Source: Bdellovibrio sp.
GTDB taxonomy: Bacteria > Bdellovibrionota > Bdellovibrionia > Bdellovibrionales > Bdellovibrionaceae
Direction: 5' to 3'
NCBI GenBank assembly: GCA_036676395.1
Contig: JAKFCY010000002.1
Coordinates: 1,824,001-1,888,000 of the forward strand
DNA: 64,000 bases
In this document: in pieces, positions 59,301-64,000 of the stretch
Layout of the letters: each line of letters starts with the position of its first letter
Numbering within the stretch: the stretch's first letter is position 1
Program-made: the position numbers and the translations under genes
Notes under the pieces: generated by a model
What the model saw: the letters and a program-made list of their open reading frames with translations, nothing else
Told to the model about the DNA's origin: nothing
The model's database searches: none

Positions 59301-60800
59301 TTATTCGCTGGTAGTTAGATCACGATGATCAATGCGACCGACGAATTTCACAGACATAGTTTTGCCGATTTTAGCTGTGGCAGGTATGTAACCTACGACA
59401 TCTTCGCCGGCCTTCAAGTCATAGTTGATATTTAAAATTGCGACCTTCAAAAGATCACCTTCTTTACCCAGAACAACGACCGGAGTTCCAGGTCTGATAA
59501 AACCAGGATCATTTAACTCGCCTTCGATAGGGTCATTATATAACTTAGCTTGTGTTTGCGCTAAATCTTTAAAAAACGGAACCTTTTCTTGCATTATAAC
59601 ATTCAAATTCATAGCGTAATCAACATTGTTAAAAAAAGTATCTAGATGACGTAAGGCATTGATCCTACCCTCAGCATCGATATAGGCTTCATTTGTAAGT
59701 TGATATAATTCTTCTTTTTTAATTTTAAAAAAATTAATCGCTTCTAATAACTCAGCCTGATTGAATTTTTGACGAAGGGGTAAAAACTTTGTAACAAACA
59801 TAGATTGTGCATGATTGTTTAATTTAAAATACGAATTATTGTATAATCCATCTTTCACCATTTCGTGACTTGCCACAAATGTCGAGACATCAAAATCATA
59901 AACAGCTGGAGTGATTTTTCCATCGGCAGCTTTAAGTAAAGTCGTATTCCATAAAGGACTATACGTTCCACCAAACAAGACATTGGCCACTTTTTCATGT
60001 ACACGTAATTGAGCATCATCATTGCCAATAAGTTTATGAAACAAAAAAAACTTTGCACCTTCAACCGGATCGATATTGGTTTTTTCAGCTTGAATAAACT
60101 CATTAGCATCAACCACTATCATCGAAAGACGCTCAGCCATTTTTTTATCGGTTTCAATCAACAAAGCATGGCGGGTAAAATCGGCTGTAGAACCTGTATC
60201 GACATAATGAATATCAGCTAAACGCGTCGCTGGAGCCGCAAGACCTAAAGCGCGCGCCAATGAAAAAGCTAAACCTTCCCGCAACGGTGAATTTTCGTTA
60301 TTTAAGCGACCCATTTCTGTATAAACAGCCTTCGGATCTGTAGTGACATGCGTGTTAATACGAAAATTGCGGGCACTTTGAAAAGTAGAGCCCTTAATAT
60401 CTTCGCTATCATTAATTTCTAAACGCAATTTCGGAAACGAGGCTTCACCTTTCATTAAACTTGTATTACCACGCGCACGAATGGATGCTGTGATAATTCT
60501 GGCAGGATTAGATTGATCTACTACCTGGGCAGGCAAATAGAATTTTGGATTACTTTTGCTTGCGCTATTTTGAAAACTAGCACGTTGTGAAATTTTATAA
60601 ATTTGTTTAAAATCAGATGTGATCTCTAGACGAATTGGCTGCGTATCCTGAAACAATGGGCTAGGTGACGGAATACTAAATGAAGTTATAAAAAGCTGCG
60701 CACACATTCCGGCTGCAAAAAGGCTCTGCCTGACACACAAGGTAACCATAAAAATTAAGGCTGAATATTTTAAGGTATTATCTGTTGGTTTATTGCTCAT
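59301..60800 (-). CDS. Secreted CotH-like kinase-fold protein with C-terminal SH3-like domain
   Basis: RARGNTS, REGLAFSL...APATR, IGNDD, N, YDFD; signal-like N-terminus. Confidence 0.55.
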   Translation of the reverse strand: MSNKPTDNTLKYSALIFMVTLCVRQSLFAAGMCAQLFITSFSIPSPSPLFQDTQPIRLEITSDFKQIYKISQRASFQNSASKSNPKFYLPAQVVDQSNPARIITASIRARGNTSLMKGEASFPKLRLEINDSEDIKGSTFQSARNFRINTHVTTDPKAVYTEMGRLNNENSPLREGLAFSLARALGLAAPATRLADIHYVDTGSTADFTRHALLIETDKKMAERLSMIVVDANEFIQAEKTNIDPVEGAKFFLFHKLIGNDDAQLRVHEKVANVLFGGTYSPLWNTTLLKAADGKITPAVYDFDVSTFVASHEMVKDGLYNNSYFKLNNHAQSMFVTKFLPLRQKFNQAELLEAINFFKIKKEELYQLTNEAYIDAEGRINALRHLDTFFNNVDYAMNLNVIMQEKVPFFKDLAQTQAKLYNDPIEGELNDPGFIRPGTPVVVLGKEGDLLKVAILNINYDLKAGEDVVGYIPATAKIGKTMSVKFVGRIDHRDLTTSE

Positions 60801-60811
60801 GAAATACTTAA

Positions 60812-60827
60812 TGCGACTGTTATGCCA
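60812..60827 (-). promoter_or_regulatory. Putative sigma54 promoter
   Basis: TGGCATAACAGTCGCA = GG-N10-GC; the GC lies 12 nt before ATG 60800. Confidence 0.5.
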
Positions 60828-60903
60828 TCAGAATTACTGATAAATTTGACATAGGTAAATATCTGCTAAAAATTGTTAGACAGCCTGCGGTTATTAGACA
60901 GTT

Positions 60904-61845
60904 TTATGTCTCATCATGAGAAATAAAACTGTGAACTTCCCTCTCTAGAGCTGTATAATTAGAACTAAAAACATCCGACCAAATTATGGCGTCATCGCGT
61001 TTAAACCAAGTCTTCTGTTTTTTGACAAGCTTCATCGTGGCCTGAGTGATAGCTGCAGGCAGTTCTTCACGGCTTATTTGCCCCTGCAAATAAGCTTTCG
61101 TTTCTAAATAACCAACACTAGCCAGTGGCGCCCAAGATTCAAAACCTTGGGTTAAAAAGCTTTTGGTTTCTTCAACGATACCTGCATCCAGCATTTTTAC
61201 AGTTCTTTGATGAACGCGGTTCATAAATTTTTCTTTGTCTTCAGTCGCAAATGTAAGGCCGATTTTCATCGCAGGGTACGGTAATTTATTTTTATTATCT
61301 GCGCCTGCATTTTTAAATTCAGACATTTTTAAATTAAAAGCGCGCTTTACCTCTAGGGCACGACCTACGCGGTAGTGGTCATTTGGATGCAATTCAGTGT
61401 CTGAATCAAAATTTTTAAGTTCTGCAAACATTTTTTCTGATCCGAAAGTTTCAAAATCAGCTAATACTTCTTTTTTTATTTCTTCGCTGACTTCAGGCAG
61501 GTCATACATGCCTTTTTCTAAAGCCTGAATATAAAACCCCGTGCCACCGACAACAAAGATTGGTGAATTCACTTTGCCTGATTCGATCAATTCATAAAAA
61601 TCACGAATGTATTGCCCTGCTGTCATTTCAGCGGGAGCTTTTACGTAAGAAAATAAATAATGGGGAACTTGTTTTTTTTCGTCTTCAGTGGGAGCTGCTG
61701 AACCGATATTTAAGCCTGCGTAAAACTGCACACTATCGATATTTATAATGCTGCCGTTAAATTTTTTAGCCAGCTGTAAGGCTAACTGACTTTTTCCAGA
61801 GGCTGTTGGTCCAACTACAAAAATAACTTTGGTTTGCTCACTCAC
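60904..61845 (-). CDS. miaA: tRNA dimethylallyltransferase
   Basis: GPTASGKS, DSVQFY, VGGTGFY, RALEV, KKQKTWF. Confidence 0.95.
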   Translation of the reverse strand: MSEQTKVIFVVGPTASGKSQLALQLAKKFNGSIINIDSVQFYAGLNIGSAAPTEDEKKQVPHYLFSYVKAPAEMTAGQYIRDFYELIESGKVNSPIFVVGGTGFYIQALEKGMYDLPEVSEEIKKEVLADFETFGSEKMFAELKNFDSDTELHPNDHYRVGRALEVKRAFNLKMSEFKNAGADNKNKLPYPAMKIGLTFATEDKEKFMNRVHQRTVKMLDAGIVEETKSFLTQGFESWAPLASVGYLETKAYLQGQISREELPAAITQATMKLVKKQKTWFKRDDAIIWSDVFSSNYTALEREVHSFISHDET

Positions 61846-63644
61846 AGCGTTCGGCCAAACTGTTTTTCAATGTCGTTAAATGTAAATTCAACTGACACTG
61901 GTCGCCCATGCGGGCAAAAAGAAGACAGCGGAAACTCATCCATGCTTTTTAGTAACTCAACCATTTCGGCCTGGCTTAGACTTTGCCCGGCACGAACGAC
62001 AGAATGACAGGCCATCGTCGCAAATAAATCGGCGATCGATTTTTCTAATGAATAACTGCCGCCGTAATCATTTAGATCTGTCGCCATTTTATCAAAGATT
62101 TTTGGCAAAGCCGCTTCTTTAACAAACAACGGGGCTGACTTTACGCCGATGACATTGGGGCCTAAAGATTCAATTTCGATTCCCATTTTTGAAATGTCTT
62201 GGGTTTTCGCTAACAAGGCTTCAACTTTTTCAGGCGACATATCTATAGCTAACGGAAATAAAAAATCCTGTTGGTCAATATGGCCGCCTTTCCATTTACG
62301 CATTAACTTTTCAAAAGCCACGCGTTCATGGGCCGCATGTTGATCGACTAAAATCATGCGATCATTTTTTTGACAAACTAAGTAAGTTAAATTGAGTTGT
62401 CCTAAAACTTGTAAGCCTGACCAGAATCCATTCGAAATATTCGTTTCAATAACCGGAGATGAGTCCATTTTAAGCTGCGATAACTGCTCAAGCATATTCA
62501 GCTTAGTTTTAAACTGCGTATTACCTAACGATGAACCCAGATCGGTAAAACGTGTTTGATCCTGAACTTGCATCTGCGGATTCATCTCGCGCACGAAATT
62601 ATAATTCGCTGGTTCGCTCGTTGTCGACCCTTGAGCACCACTCACTTTCGGAACCCATGGTGCCAGTTCTAAACCTTGTCTGACAGCACCGTGCACGGCC
62701 CGAAACGCTTCTGAGGCTTCCTGAAATTTAACTTGTGATTTTGTCGGGTGAATATTGACGTCGATTAAATCTGGTGCACATTCTAAATCAATCACCACTT
62801 GCGGGTATTCACCATGCATTAATAAACTTCTATAGGCTTCAGTGATCGCGGCTTGTAAACCGCGATCTTGAATCCAGCGTTTTTGCGCAAAGATCCAAAT
62901 ATTTTTCGAAGTTTTTTGCGTGTCATGCGGCGAAGAAAAATAAGCTTTTACAATATATGACTTGTAACGGTTTTCTTGCACGAAAATGCGATCTAATCCT
63001 AAAACTTGCGATGCCCGCACTGAAATATCATTCGCGTCGGGCTGAGCTTTAAAAAATAAATCAAGCTTACCATTTTCAATAAGCTTAAATTCGACATGTG
63101 GGTAGACTAACGACAATGCTCTGATCACGTTTCTGATTTGTGCTAGCTCTGCTGAATCTGATTTTAAAAACTTTAAACGTGCGGGAACGTTCTCAAAAAG
63201 GGCATCCACAGTTAACTGCGTGCCTTGATCGATCGATGATGGCATTACATCACTGATTAAGCCAAAATCAGATTTAATTTGAAAAGCTGATTTTGCTTTT
63301 TTCGCTTTACTCATTAATGTCAGTTTTGAAACTGCGGCCACGCTGGCTAAAGCTTCGCCACGAAATCCGTAAGTTGATAAATTCCAGAGATCATTGGTTT
63401 GTGTGATTTTACTGGTCGCATGTCGCTGCAGCGCTAATGGTAAATCTTCTTTCGTAATACCGTCACCGTTATCAGTGATTTTAATAAATTTACCGCCAAA
63501 ATTAACATCGATTTGAATTTGTGTAGAGTTTGCATCAAGACTATTCTCGAGCAATTCTTTCACTAAATGTGAAGGGCGTTCGACGACTTCGCCAGCGGCG
63601 ATCTGATTGACGACATCAGGAGATAAAACTTGAATCGATGACAT
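61842..63644 (-). CDS. mutL: DNA mismatch repair endonuclease MutL
   Basis: IAAGEVVERP, GFRGEAL, DQHAAHER, ACH, CPHGRP. Confidence 0.97.
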   Translation of the reverse strand: MSSIQVLSPDVVNQIAAGEVVERPSHLVKELLENSLDANSTQIQIDVNFGGKFIKITDNGDGITKEDLPLALQRHATSKITQTNDLWNLSTYGFRGEALASVAAVSKLTLMSKAKKAKSAFQIKSDFGLISDVMPSSIDQGTQLTVDALFENVPARLKFLKSDSAELAQIRNVIRALSLVYPHVEFKLIENGKLDLFFKAQPDANDISVRASQVLGLDRIFVQENRYKSYIVKAYFSSPHDTQKTSKNIWIFAQKRWIQDRGLQAAITEAYRSLLMHGEYPQVVIDLECAPDLIDVNIHPTKSQVKFQEASEAFRAVHGAVRQGLELAPWVPKVSGAQGSTTSEPANYNFVREMNPQMQVQDQTRFTDLGSSLGNTQFKTKLNMLEQLSQLKMDSSPVIETNISNGFWSGLQVLGQLNLTYLVCQKNDRMILVDQHAAHERVAFEKLMRKWKGGHIDQQDFLFPLAIDMSPEKVEALLAKTQDISKMGIEIESLGPNVIGVKSAPLFVKEAALPKIFDKMATDLNDYGGSYSLEKSIADLFATMACHSVVRAGQSLSQAEMVELLKSMDEFPLSSFCPHGRPVSVEFTFNDIEKQFGRTL

Positions 63645-63661
63645 AGGCTTTTATAAAAAAC

Positions 63662-64000
63662 TTAGAATAAAAAGCCAACTCCAAAACCGCCGTAACCCTC
63701 TTTATCCCAAAAGTAACGTAAACCTAAATCGATGGTCAAATATCGGCTATGTAGCATTATTCCGGCCTGAACATCTAATCCTGCCGTCAGATCTTGAAGA
63801 TTGTACTTACTTTGAGGACGTAATGGCGCATCTTGAATGGCAAAGTAGGAATAGCGTAAAAAAGGGCCTGCGCCGTAACGTAAAGATGTGTTTGAATTTA
63901 AGGCAGAAATATTTGAAATTCCTGCAGCGCCCCAAAAAACTGCGCCTGAAGTTTTAGCTCCGGTCTTATCAGCATAATAATCTGGGGGTTTTGTAGCCAC
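63662..64000 (-). CDS. Partial outer-membrane beta-barrel-like protein (start outside window)
   Basis: Amphipathic strands, C-terminal GVGFLF. Confidence 0.55.
   Translation of the reverse strand: MATKPPDYYADKTGAKTSGAVFWGAAGISNISALNSNTSLRYGAGPFLRYSYFAIQDAPLRPQSKYNLQDLTAGLDVQAGIMLHSRYLTIDLGLRYFWDKEGYGGFGVGFLF

Noticed and set aside
1..64000. CRISPR array, tRNA/rRNA genes, IS elements, prophage, defence island
   Set aside because: No regularly spaced repeats, cloverleaf/T-loop motifs, transposase, integrase or phage genes seen; intergenic gaps are short

Overview
Gene-dense, AT-rich bacterial chromosome segment. Gene content and protein sequences point to a predatory Bdellovibrionota member (Bdellovibrio/Pseudobdellovibrio-like); this is inferred from protein recognition, not a search. 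Contents: housekeeping genes (cysS, gltX, carD, aqpZ, recG, lysS, fbaB, nfu, tcdA, tatD, rluA-like, ssb, relA/spoT, rpoZ, gmk, yicC, miaA, mutL), a gspC-N type II secretion cluster, a heme-biosynthesis cluster, two HD-GYP paralogues, a tandem pair of secreted phospholipase D genes and several secreted/lipoprotein hypotheticals. No rRNA, tRNA, CRISPR array, IS or prophage was recognised. Most notable: (1) the hem operon contains a translationally coupled OmpR-type two-component system, an 11-bp-phased TTGTCAT repeat in its promoter region, a HemC-HemD-like fusion and a truncated HemA; (2) one HD-GYP has an RxxN (cGAMP-type) motif and a sigma28-like leaderless promoter; (3) a His-less Hpt-like gene lies head-to-head with a Bd1817-like degenerate HD-GYP; (4) sigma54-like promoters precede secreted-protein genes, including the PLD pair; (5) many genes look leaderless; (6) a 45-aa membrane ORF absent from the ORF track is coupled to tcdA. 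Several starts were moved from the ORF track to more plausible codons.
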